This document shows, in pieces, positions 46,616-54,914 of a stretch of 64,000 nt of DNA. The notes beneath the pieces are model-generated. The model was given only the letters and a program-made list of their open reading frames with translations. It was not told the DNA's origin and searched no databases. Position 1 is the stretch's first letter; each line of letters begins with the position of its first letter. Both the position numbers and the translations under genes were made by a program. Origin of the DNA: a bacterium (GTDB lineage: Bacteria > Patescibacteriota > Dojkabacteria > GCA-002793355). The DNA lies in contig JADYZG010000028.1 in the NCBI GenBank assembly GCA_020853235.1, forward strand, positions 1,881 to 65,880, in the 5' to 3' direction.

Positions 46616-47005
46616 ATGGAGATAAAGATACCAAAGAAATTGATTAGTGGGTTGCTTGTTTTAGTTGTTGGAATTGGTATTGTGGTGTATTTTGGTCAAT
46701 CGGCACCTACTCATACAGGACAACAGGCGTACGACTCAACTGAAACAGTCGTTGTTACTGCAAAAGGTGGCTATTTCCCGCGAGAAGTTGTTTTACCTGC
46801 AAATAGAAATGATGTTGTTTTAAGAATGGTTACCAAGAATACCTACGATTGTAGTGCATCACTTCTGATTGTAAAACTACGTATTGAGAAGTTTCTCCCT
46901 CCTACTGGCAGCACTGATATTCTGCTCCCTGCACAACAACCTGGTACCGAGATAATTGCTGGCTGTGCAATGGGAATGTATAGTTTTAAATTGAAATTTC
47001 TCTAG
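46616..47005 (+). CDS. small membrane-anchored cupredoxin-like protein; tentative
   Basis: N-terminal TM followed by a beta-rich domain with DCS and GCAMGMY motifs, like the small cupredoxin-type partners of HMA/TauE membrane proteins. The ATG at 46616 is preferred. Confidence 0.5.
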   Translation: MEIKIPKKLISGLLVLVVGIGIVVYFGQSAPTHTGQQAYDSTETVVVTAKGGYFPREVVLPANRNDVVLRMVTKNTYDCSASLLIVKLRIEKFLPPTGSTDILLPAQQPGTEIIAGCAMGMYSFKLKFL

Positions 47006-47986
47006 ATGAAGACAATGACCTGTGAATTTTCTGTTGACGGAATGCACTGCGATGCATGCGAACTTTATCTTGAAGAAACACTTAAGAAGCAGGAGGGTGT
47101 TGTCGGTGTTAACGCTTCATCTGACTTGCAAAAGGTTGAGGTAACGATTAACAGTCAAACCAATATTGAGTTATTGCGAAAAAACGTTAATAAAAAAATA
47201 GCATTACAAGGGTATCGTATTGTCTCAACGGTGGAACAAGATAAGAATCTCGTTAAGAAATTTCTTGTTTCAGGTGTGTTGGCGAGCATTATCTTTCTTG
47301 GTTATTTGTTACTCCAACGAGCAGGATTCGCCACATGGTTTGAAGTTGGTAAATTAACGTACTCTAGTATATTCCTGCTCGGTGTTCTTGCGTCATTATC
47401 GACATGTATGGCCGTTGTAGGAGGAATCTCTATGACATTGTCGTCTAAATTCGCAGCCGAAAAGAAATCTCAATCAATTGTTACTTTTCATGTCGCTCGC
47501 ATAGTAGGATTCATTATTTTAGGCGGTGTTATTGCACTGTTGGGACGGGCAGTAATGGTTAACGCAACAATTTCAGCAATTTTGCGGATTATTGTCGCCA
47601 TAGCAATGATTGGTGTTGGCGCAGAGTTGTTGGGCTTTCATCTACCAAAGATAACGTTCCCTAAATTTGTTGCAAGGGCATTTGGGCTCTTCGACGATAA
47701 GGAAGGGTGGTCAGGCGCTGTTTTACTCGGAGTTGGAACCTTTTTTATGCCTTGTGCATTTACCCAATCCATGGAACTTTATGCAATGAGCACAGGTTCA
47801 TTTATTATTGGGGCGTTAGTAATGGGGACATTCGCATTAGGGACACTTCCCGTATTGGGGTTAGTCAGTTTTGGTGCAGCAAAAGGCGTTATGACACTTA
47901 ATAAGACAGTGTTTGGATATACAATGGGCTATCTGATTGCTCTTTTTGCATTATTAAATATAGTGACGGCTGTTGGAGTTTTCTAG
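47006..47986 (+). CDS. HMA (heavy-metal-associated) domain fused to a TauE/SafE / DsbD_2-like membrane protein
   Basis: N-terminal GMHCDAC ferredoxin-like HMA motif. Multiple TMs follow, with single Cys residues in LSTCMAVVGG and FFMPCAF. Confidence 0.75.
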   Translation: MKTMTCEFSVDGMHCDACELYLEETLKKQEGVVGVNASSDLQKVEVTINSQTNIELLRKNVNKKIALQGYRIVSTVEQDKNLVKKFLVSGVLASIIFLGYLLLQRAGFATWFEVGKLTYSSIFLLGVLASLSTCMAVVGGISMTLSSKFAAEKKSQSIVTFHVARIVGFIILGGVIALLGRAVMVNATISAILRIIVAIAMIGVGAELLGFHLPKITFPKFVARAFGLFDDKEGWSGAVLLGVGTFFMPCAFTQSMELYAMSTGSFIIGALVMGTFALGTLPVLGLVSFGAAKGVMTLNKTVFGYTMGYLIALFALLNIVTAVGVF

Positions 47987-49647
47987 TCTTTTCCCGATTT
48001 AGTGGTCAGACGAGTTACTACAATACGTGGTGATTCGTGTGAGTTTTCGTAGGAGATTTGCGTTGAGATAGTATTGTACCCATATTTTTGAATAACAAGC
48101 GTCATCGGTTCTCGTGGTTTACGACCATGTAATCTACCTGTAAACCCGCCAAATAATCTCTTTTTAGTACCGTTGTGATCAACGATATACCCTCGTGGAA
48201 AACGAATTGGTTTTTTGTTGCTATCAACGATATACGCAATTGTAGGTCCAGTTGATAATACTCCATACGCTAGAAGGTATGCTCCAACAATACCTGGCAA
48301 TACGTAGAAAACTGCTATTTTTCCAATAGCTTCTGGCCATGTCGATTGGTTTTTTGTTGTTCCTCCAATATTTGGCAATTTACCAGTAGTTTGGAGTATA
48401 AGTTGTTCAATTCTTGTATTACCTTCAAGATCAGAAATCTTGATTGAACCGACAAGTTTTCCTTCTTCATTAACAGTTAATTCTTCAGGTATTAGTGAAA
48501 TGGTGAATGTATAATTATTTTTATTGCCATCAACTTTGATTTGATCAGGTGTTCCTGCTATTGAATAGGTTTGTTTCCCAAGGGTGAGTATAAAGGATTC
48601 TGGTGCAAGTCCATTTTCATCTGTTGTAGTAATGACAAGCGCATAGTCTTTTGTGAGATTAATGGTTGTTGTAGATTTCACAATAACAACAGGACTTACT
48701 CGATCTGGAGCTTTTGTCGGTGTGATTGCAGGGCAAGATCCTGGAACAACTACCGTTGTAACTGGGCATGAATAACCACTGTTAATACTAATACTCGAGG
48801 TCTTTTCGTTTCCTGCCGCATCTTCTGAGATAACAGAAATAACACTCACTGAATTTGTTGGAAATGGTGTTACTGGCGTAATGGTAAACGTATAATTTGC
48901 AGGTGATCCAGAGATTGTTACTTCCGGACTTGTTGCTGTGTATGTAATTCCATTAATAACAAATTGAACCGTAGGGAGTGCAACTCCAGAACCAGAATCA
49001 GCAATTTTTATTGTGACTGGTGCATTTGGCTGAACGTTATTTTGTAAGTTAGTTGGAGATTCAAATGTTATAGACGGTGGAGTAGCATCAGTCGCACAGG
49101 TTCCACTAGAGAATGTATATGAGCTGTTTGTTACACCAGATAACATATCAAAGGATGTTGTTGAGTCGGCAATATTCGAATCAAGAGTATTGTAAGGATT
49201 TGCTCCTGTAAAGGTTATGGTAAAACCTCCATTGATGGCCAATGGTTTTGACTTAAATAAAATTGATGCAAATGTGGCATCGGCTGTGAGGTCGTTACTT
49301 GACGAATACCCGACAAGTTTAATTTCTCCGGTTAAGGTGTTTACACTGTTACCCGCGTATGTTTCGAATGCGTTGCCAGGAAGAATTTGAGTACCAGGAA
49401 CGCCAGGTAATGCATCTATAATGTCAATTTTTGTTGTGTCGTAGGTAACAATGATATCTGCAGCATTACTTTGGCCACTCGTAACGTCAATATTGATATC
49501 TACGGATTGATTACAGCTTCTTAAATAGTTTCCAGATGAGGGGAATATATCGAAAGTACCTGCTGCGCTAACCTTTTGTGTAGTAATTATCGAAAAAGAA
49601 AAGAACAAGAATCCAGGTAGTAGTAATTTTAGTACTAAGTTTTTCAT
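47983..49647 (-). CDS. cohesin-domain surface protein with two Ig-like repeats, a TM segment and a C-terminal cytoplasmic domain
   Basis: Signal peptide MKNLVLKLLLPGFLFFSF...SAAG, with the longest ORF starting at 49668. The cohesin-like module is GTFDIFPSSG...VDINIDV...IIVTYDTTKIDII...FASILFKSK. Repeated ...NYTFTI... modules follow. Confidence 0.6.
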   Translation of the reverse strand: MKNLVLKLLLPGFLFFSFSIITTQKVSAAGTFDIFPSSGNYLRSCNQSVDINIDVTSGQSNAADIIVTYDTTKIDIIDALPGVPGTQILPGNAFETYAGNSVNTLTGEIKLVGYSSSNDLTADATFASILFKSKPLAINGGFTITFTGANPYNTLDSNIADSTTSFDMLSGVTNSSYTFSSGTCATDATPPSITFESPTNLQNNVQPNAPVTIKIADSGSGVALPTVQFVINGITYTATSPEVTISGSPANYTFTITPVTPFPTNSVSVISVISEDAAGNEKTSSISINSGYSCPVTTVVVPGSCPAITPTKAPDRVSPVVIVKSTTTINLTKDYALVITTTDENGLAPESFILTLGKQTYSIAGTPDQIKVDGNKNNYTFTISLIPEELTVNEEGKLVGSIKISDLEGNTRIEQLILQTTGKLPNIGGTTKNQSTWPEAIGKIAVFYVLPGIVGAYLLAYGVLSTGPTIAYIVDSNKKPIRFPRGYIVDHNGTKKRLFGGFTGRLHGRKPREPMTLVIQKYGYNTISTQISYENSHESPRIVVTRLTTKSGKD

Positions 49648-49654
49648 ACTTTCT

Positions 49655-50281
49655 TTAATTGTCTCCATAGCTACTCAAATTACGAAGAAGCGCAGCGTAG
49701 TCTAACGAATTAATAATACCATCTCTTGTGAGATCTGCCCTTATATCATTTCCATAAACATGAAGTGTTATGTACGAAATATCTAGTGAATTAACATAAT
49801 TATCTTCTGTGGGATTTGCATCGCCTGCAGGCAGTTGTGGTAATGAAAGTGTATAATTTTTAATTACAGGTCCATCAAAATTCTCGTTCGGATAAACTTT
49901 ACGAAGGTGAGACAAACCTTTTATGGCGACATCGTAAATTCCAGGGGGAAGAGCACTCGCGGGGATAGTTCCGAGACTAGCATCACCGGTAGCATTTGCT
50001 ATTGTATTGATTGAGGTGATTGGAATAACTGAGCCAGGTGAACGAATTTCGACGACAAGAGAAAGTTGGTCATTCCCAGTTGGTGGAATTCTACTCTCGG
50101 GTTTAATGTTAATAGAGATTATATGGGGGACGTCTCCTGTGACTGTTACGGTACCTTGATCAGTAAGTGATAGTACGTCGCCATGGGTATACTCGTAAAA
50201 GGCTAAAAGTATAATACTCAGTAAAGTCAATAGAACCGTAAACCAAATAACTAATTTGTGACTTCTTCCAAGCAGCTCCAT
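49655..50281 (-). CDS. membrane-anchored protein with a C-terminal dockerin-like module
   Basis: N-terminal TM. The C-terminus has two Ca-loop/helix repeats: GDANPTEDNYVNSLDISYITLHVYG and ADLTRDGIINSLDYAALLRNL. Confidence 0.65.
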   Translation of the reverse strand: MELLGRSHKLVIWFTVLLTLLSIILLAFYEYTHGDVLSLTDQGTVTVTGDVPHIISINIKPESRIPPTGNDQLSLVVEIRSPGSVIPITSINTIANATGDASLGTIPASALPPGIYDVAIKGLSHLRKVYPNENFDGPVIKNYTLSLPQLPAGDANPTEDNYVNSLDISYITLHVYGNDIRADLTRDGIINSLDYAALLRNLSSYGDN

Positions 50282-50332
50282 ACAACCTCATCATAGCAGT
50301 TTTTTTAGCAAGAATTCAATGAAAACCGCTCT

Positions 50333-51238
50333 CTATAGTTCCTTTTTGGCAAATCTGTACAACCAAACAACACTACTCGAAGCCATGAACCCAAGTATGC
50401 CCATCACAATTGCTACCGTCGCTACCATTCGTCCGAAGACAGTTGAGAGGGCAGTGGCAAGCTCTCCTGATGAATTTGGAAGATTTTTGCCTCCTGCATC
50501 TCCTGTTAGATAAACCGAACCAGTCGCATATGTCGTATTTAATGCTGCACTTGTTGTTTCATTGCCGGCTGCATCTTTAACGGTGACTCTAATAAAATTC
50601 AAGCCTTTGACGAGTTTGAGCTTAAGTGAAAATCTGTTGTTTTTATCGGTATCGACAATATGTTCTGTTTGATTTACTTTAACGACAACTTTTCCTGGTT
50701 CTGATGCATTACCTTTTAATATGAATTCTGATTTGGTAACTACTTTTGGAATTGCGACAAGTTTAATATTCGGCGCTGACTTGTCAACAACAGTAGATAC
50801 TTCATTACTTCTTTCACTCACAAAGGAAAAAAATAGAATTTTTTTCCTCGCGATTGCTGTATAAGTGGCTTTTTGATCACCTTGTGTTTCGGCAATGACA
50901 CTGAATTTACCCTCTTTGTCGCTGTTTGTGGTATATGACTTATTGTCAGCAGAAATTTCAATAACTGCTTTTTTGGGCCCTTGCCCGTCGATGGTAAGTG
51001 TATTCTTATTCGTAATTGCTGGTAAAGCTGAGAGAATCGGGGTATCTAACCGAAAAGTTTCTGTAGATTTTCCAATGAATATGCCAACTAAACTGCAAAG
51101 CACTAGTAGTGCGATAATAAAAAGAACTGCAGAAATGACGGTATCTTGGTTTCGAGCTGACTGCTTCAATGAAGCAGTGTCAGAGTATGATGTTTGTGTT
51201 GAATTTTGAGGAGTTATTGATGGAATTGATGATGACAT
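50333..51238 (-). CDS. surface protein with Ig-like domains, an N-terminal TM and a C-terminal LPNSSG + hydrophobic + basic tail
   Basis: The ORF track starts at a TTG at 51298; the ATG at 51238 (MSSSIPS...) is preferred. The Ig-like segment is ...FIRVTVKDAAGNETTS. The C-terminus is NLPNSSGELATALSTVFGRMVATVAIVMGILGFMASSSVVWLYRFAKKEL. Confidence 0.55.
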   Translation of the reverse strand: MSSSIPSITPQNSTQTSYSDTASLKQSARNQDTVISAVLFIIALLVLCSLVGIFIGKSTETFRLDTPILSALPAITNKNTLTIDGQGPKKAVIEISADNKSYTTNSDKEGKFSVIAETQGDQKATYTAIARKKILFFSFVSERSNEVSTVVDKSAPNIKLVAIPKVVTKSEFILKGNASEPGKVVVKVNQTEHIVDTDKNNRFSLKLKLVKGLNFIRVTVKDAAGNETTSAALNTTYATGSVYLTGDAGGKNLPNSSGELATALSTVFGRMVATVAIVMGILGFMASSSVVWLYRFAKKEL

Positions 51239-51297
51239 GCAATTTTGAGTTAAATTACCTTCTTGTTTGATAGTATAATAAAAAAGGATACTCTGCA

Positions 51298-51966
51298 ATG
51301 AAACAAATCATGCGTGTAAATAAGGCAAAAAAACTTTTTCTAGCATTGACGGTCATACTCCTTGTGAGTATCCTTTCTGTGTTTTTTCAAACAGATTTGC
51401 GTGTCGTAAGTAATCAAGTAACGACTGAAATCGGTGTAGCAAGCGAAGTCATTTCACCAGTTTTTGCAATCAAGGAGGGGTATGTCCAGTATGTCCCTGA
51501 AGAATCAGCAGATGAATTGCAATACCCACTATTGTCGGAGGTTCATGCGAGACTGCATATCCCGAGATTGGGCATAGAAGGGGCAATTGTCGAGGGTAAA
51601 GACGAGAAAATGTTAGACCAGGGATTCTGGCACTATCCCTCTGCGTCACCTTTCTCGGCAAAAGGGAATGTAGTAATTATAGGCCATAGATTTCTTAAAT
51701 TGCCACCGCATCGAGATACGTTTTACCACCTTAATTGGGTCAAATCCGGGGATGAGATTACTATTAAAACTTCTCGAGGAATGATACGATATCGGGTACG
51801 TGAGCAGCGAATTGTTTCTGTAAACGACACCTATGTGTTACAACAAACGCTTAACGCCCAAATAACGCTTATCACCTGTCATCCCTTATGGACGTCGAAA
51901 GAAAGACTCGTTATAATTGGAGATAGAATCGAGGAGAGCAATGACACAGAACAAATTAGCAACTAA
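51298..51966 (+). CDS. sortase family transpeptidase
   Basis: N-terminal TM, His in VVIIGHRF, catalytic TLITCHP, and a distal Arg (RLVIIGDR). It is divergent from the LPNSSG protein. TATAAT lies at 51274-51279 and an AAGGA SD is present. Confidence 0.85.
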   Translation: MKQIMRVNKAKKLFLALTVILLVSILSVFFQTDLRVVSNQVTTEIGVASEVISPVFAIKEGYVQYVPEESADELQYPLLSEVHARLHIPRLGIEGAIVEGKDEKMLDQGFWHYPSASPFSAKGNVVIIGHRFLKLPPHRDTFYHLNWVKSGDEITIKTSRGMIRYRVREQRIVSVNDTYVLQQTLNAQITLITCHPLWTSKERLVIIGDRIEESNDTEQISN

Positions 51967-53047
51967 TCGAATTACGTACAATTACGCAGGTATAGAAAAA
52001 AGAACAAGAAATTCTGCATTACGCTTTCTCTTTGCGAAACTGGGAGTTCAATTCTTGAAAAGTCTTTTTAAGTTTCTCCCTGGAATTGATAACTCTATCT
52101 ACCAAAAAGGTGATAATAAAGAGTTCTATGTTGAGATTGTTCCTTCATTTTTGGGCATGTTTTCGAAACACTGGGAAATTAAGGAAAAATCTGTAGAGAG
52201 ATTTGTAGAACTTGGAGTAGCTGTACGGTCGATGCATGCACCTTGGATTGATGATGGAAAAGTTTTCCAAACAGCTCGTAAATCATTCTTAGAAAATGTT
52301 TTGGATGTAACTGATTACTCTTCAACAACATTGCTTTGTTTATATTCTCACTTACATCTGTATGATCTTATTGCACCAAAGGAACAGGATAAAGTTTTAA
52401 TTGTTCACCCAATTCCATCTAGTCCATATAAAACTGAAAAGGAAATTATTAAATCGATTACCAAAGTCGTTAAGAAAATTCTTCCAATGCTTCGTGATCA
52501 AAATGTAAAACTTGTTATTGAAAATATGCCTTGGATGAAGAAAAAACATGAACGATATACGACATCACTAGGCGATGCGCTATTTTTCGACAAACTGATG
52601 AATGAGGTGCCAGATCCATATTATGGCGTTCTTTTTGATTGGGGACACGCAAATACCTATGCTCGTTTTATGTATACACACGGAATTACTCACAGGGAGC
52701 ATGAATTTACCTCGGAATCCCTCGCTCGTTTTGAATATCAGAATTATTTCATTCATAGATTACACGATAAAATCATGTATGGGCATCTTAACTTTAATGA
52801 AGCTCATGATTTGTTAGCGAAACCGCCGTTCTACGCAAGAAATTTTGATGCACATGCAGACTTAACTCATATGAATGAGCAGGAGTACGAATATTACAAG
52901 AAAAATATGCAGGCGCTGGGTAATGTGCCGCACTTAGTAGGTATGACCATTGAATCAATTCCATCGTATACAAGCAGGATAAAGCGAATTCAACGGTACA
53001 AAGATAGTGTCGAAATCCTCAATTCTATGCTACAATCCCACAGTTAA
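51941..53047 (+). CDS. xylose-isomerase-like TIM barrel protein (sugar phosphate isomerase/epimerase family); tentative
   Basis: VIENMPW and FDWGHAN motifs are typical of this fold. GAGGAG lies 4 nt upstream of the ATG at 51941, whereas the ORF track starts at a TTG at 51917. Confidence 0.55.
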   Translation: MTQNKLATNRITYNYAGIEKRTRNSALRFLFAKLGVQFLKSLFKFLPGIDNSIYQKGDNKEFYVEIVPSFLGMFSKHWEIKEKSVERFVELGVAVRSMHAPWIDDGKVFQTARKSFLENVLDVTDYSSTTLLCLYSHLHLYDLIAPKEQDKVLIVHPIPSSPYKTEKEIIKSITKVVKKILPMLRDQNVKLVIENMPWMKKKHERYTTSLGDALFFDKLMNEVPDPYYGVLFDWGHANTYARFMYTHGITHREHEFTSESLARFEYQNYFIHRLHDKIMYGHLNFNEAHDLLAKPPFYARNFDAHADLTHMNEQEYEYYKKNMQALGNVPHLVGMTIESIPSYTSRIKRIQRYKDSVEILNSMLQSHS

Positions 53048-53062
53048 GTTATCCAATTTATC

Positions 53063-54169
53063 ATGGCACAATTGTTAGAACCAGGAGCACAAAAGTTAAT
53101 TGGCTCAAAGAAAGTTATTTCACAAGAAGGCTCTGTTTATACCTACGAGATTACGATTAATGGTGCAGTACAAAAAGATTCGTACGAAAAATTGTTTGCC
53201 GCACGAAGTAAAGAAATTGAAATCAAAGGATTTCGTAAGGGTGAAGCACCACGTAATTTAGTCGAACAGCAAGTCTACTCAGATGTTGTTAAAGACCTTA
53301 CGAATTTGATGGTCAACTATTCAGTAGAAGAACTTTTAGCGGATGAGGGAATTATCGCAACAACATCACCAGAAGTTGAAAAGGTAAACTTCACTATGGT
53401 CGAGAGCCCACTTTCATTCACCATCAAAATCGACAGACTTCCAGATTACAAACTTCCAGATGTTAAAAAATTCCAAGTACCAGCACCATCAACAGAAGTT
53501 AAACCTGAAGATGTTGAAACAGCACGAAAGAATCTTTGGGAAGAATGGGTAAGCAAAGCAAAAGAGGAAGACAAAGTAAAATTCCCAGAGTTGAATGATG
53601 CATGGGTCGAAGAGCAAATGAAAATTCCAAATGTCAAAACTGTCGCAGATTTGGAGAAACTTCTTGTTGAAGAATTACAGCACGCAAAACTCCACCAAGA
53701 AGAAGACAAGTTGGTAAACGAATCCCTTGCAAAAGCAATTGCAGAGATGAATATCGAAGTCCCTGGCGCGGTTGTTGAGAGAAGCTTAAAAAGCAACATG
53801 GAGACCCAAGAAGCGCAATTTAAACAGTATGGAATTACTTTCCAAGAATATCTGAAGCACTATAATAAAACAGAGGAGGATTATAAAAAAGAAGCAACCG
53901 AAGCGGCAGAAAAACGATTCCGAGAGGATGTTTTCTGGACGCTTTTCATTAAAGATCGTGGAATCAAAATTAACCCACAAGATTCTAAGGACGTTGTCTT
54001 TGTAAATTACGCAGCGTCAGTACTTCGCGTTAAATCAGACGAAAAGCTTTCGCAAAGACAGGTTGATGTGATTCTTCAAACCGCAGCAATGTATAAGGCC
54101 GTCCAAATCTTCCGTGAGGAGATTGGTCTGACGCCACATGAAGAACCAGACATGGAAATTAAGGCATGA
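53063..54169 (+). CDS. tig: trigger factor lacking the FKBP-type PPIase domain
   Basis: Ribosome-binding signature GFRKGEAP in the N-domain and a C-terminal chaperone-arm region. At 368 aa, only about 15 aa sit where the roughly 100-aa PPIase domain normally lies. Confidence 0.82.
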   Translation: MAQLLEPGAQKLIGSKKVISQEGSVYTYEITINGAVQKDSYEKLFAARSKEIEIKGFRKGEAPRNLVEQQVYSDVVKDLTNLMVNYSVEELLADEGIIATTSPEVEKVNFTMVESPLSFTIKIDRLPDYKLPDVKKFQVPAPSTEVKPEDVETARKNLWEEWVSKAKEEDKVKFPELNDAWVEEQMKIPNVKTVADLEKLLVEELQHAKLHQEEDKLVNESLAKAIAEMNIEVPGAVVERSLKSNMETQEAQFKQYGITFQEYLKHYNKTEEDYKKEATEAAEKRFREDVFWTLFIKDRGIKINPQDSKDVVFVNYAASVLRVKSDEKLSQRQVDVILQTAAMYKAVQIFREEIGLTPHEEPDMEIKA

Positions 54170-54177
54170 TTCCTGAT

Positions 54178-54250
54178 GTCCTAGTAGCTCAATGGATAGA
54201 GCAGTCCCGTCCTAAGGGAAAGGTTGTGAGTTCGACTCTCGCCTGGGACA
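54178..54250 (+). tRNA. tRNA-Arg (anticodon CCU), CCA not encoded
   Basis: Manual fold. Acceptor GTCCTAG/CTGGGAC, D arm GCTC-AATGGATA-GAGC, anticodon loop GTCCTAA, and T arm GTGAG-TTCGACT-CTCGC. Confidence 0.9.
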
Positions 54251-54289
54251 GTTATCATCGAATTTTCACTTTTTATGTTATAATTAGCA

Positions 54290-54892
54290 ATGAAGAATTC
54301 GACTGCAAATCTATACGTTCCTACAGTATTTGAAGAGGATCGAAGGGGGAATCGTTCTTATTACGACATCTTCTCACGACTACTAAAAGATAGAATTGTC
54401 TTTATTAATGGCCCTATTAATGACCAGATGGCAAATATTATTATTGCAGAGATGGTTTTCCTTGAAAAAGAAAATTCTAAAGAAGATATTCAGGTCTATA
54501 TTCAAAGTCCAGGTGGTTCGGTCGCAGCAGGGCTCGCAATTTATGACGCAATGCAATATTTGAAACCAAACATTGTTACTATCGGAATGGGAATGATCGC
54601 CTCAATGGCATCAGTTCTTCTTTCGGCAGGTACCAAAGAAAAGCGCTTTATGCTTCCACACGCACGAATTATGATTCATCAAGTTCGATTAACAGGTTTA
54701 CCACGAATGACCGCCACAGAACTTATGATCGAAAATGAAGAAATGCAGAAAAATAAAGAAGTATTAAATCAGATTCTTGCAAAACATACTGGAAAATCAA
54801 TCAAAGATATTACGCACGATACTGAGCTAGACAAATGGATGTCAGCTGAAGAAGCAGTGAAATATGGTCTAGTTGATAAGGTTTTAGAGTAG
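54290..54892 (+). CDS. clpP: ATP-dependent Clp protease proteolytic subunit
   Basis: ClpP core including GMIASMASVLL (catalytic Ser), IMIHQ (His) and the LDKWMSAEEA region. TGtTATAAT lies 5 nt upstream of the ATG. Confidence 0.95.
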   Translation: MKNSTANLYVPTVFEEDRRGNRSYYDIFSRLLKDRIVFINGPINDQMANIIIAEMVFLEKENSKEDIQVYIQSPGGSVAAGLAIYDAMQYLKPNIVTIGMGMIASMASVLLSAGTKEKRFMLPHARIMIHQVRLTGLPRMTATELMIENEEMQKNKEVLNQILAKHTGKSIKDITHDTELDKWMSAEEAVKYGLVDKVLE

Positions 54893-54914
54893 GGCTATAA
54901 TACAAGACCTCACT

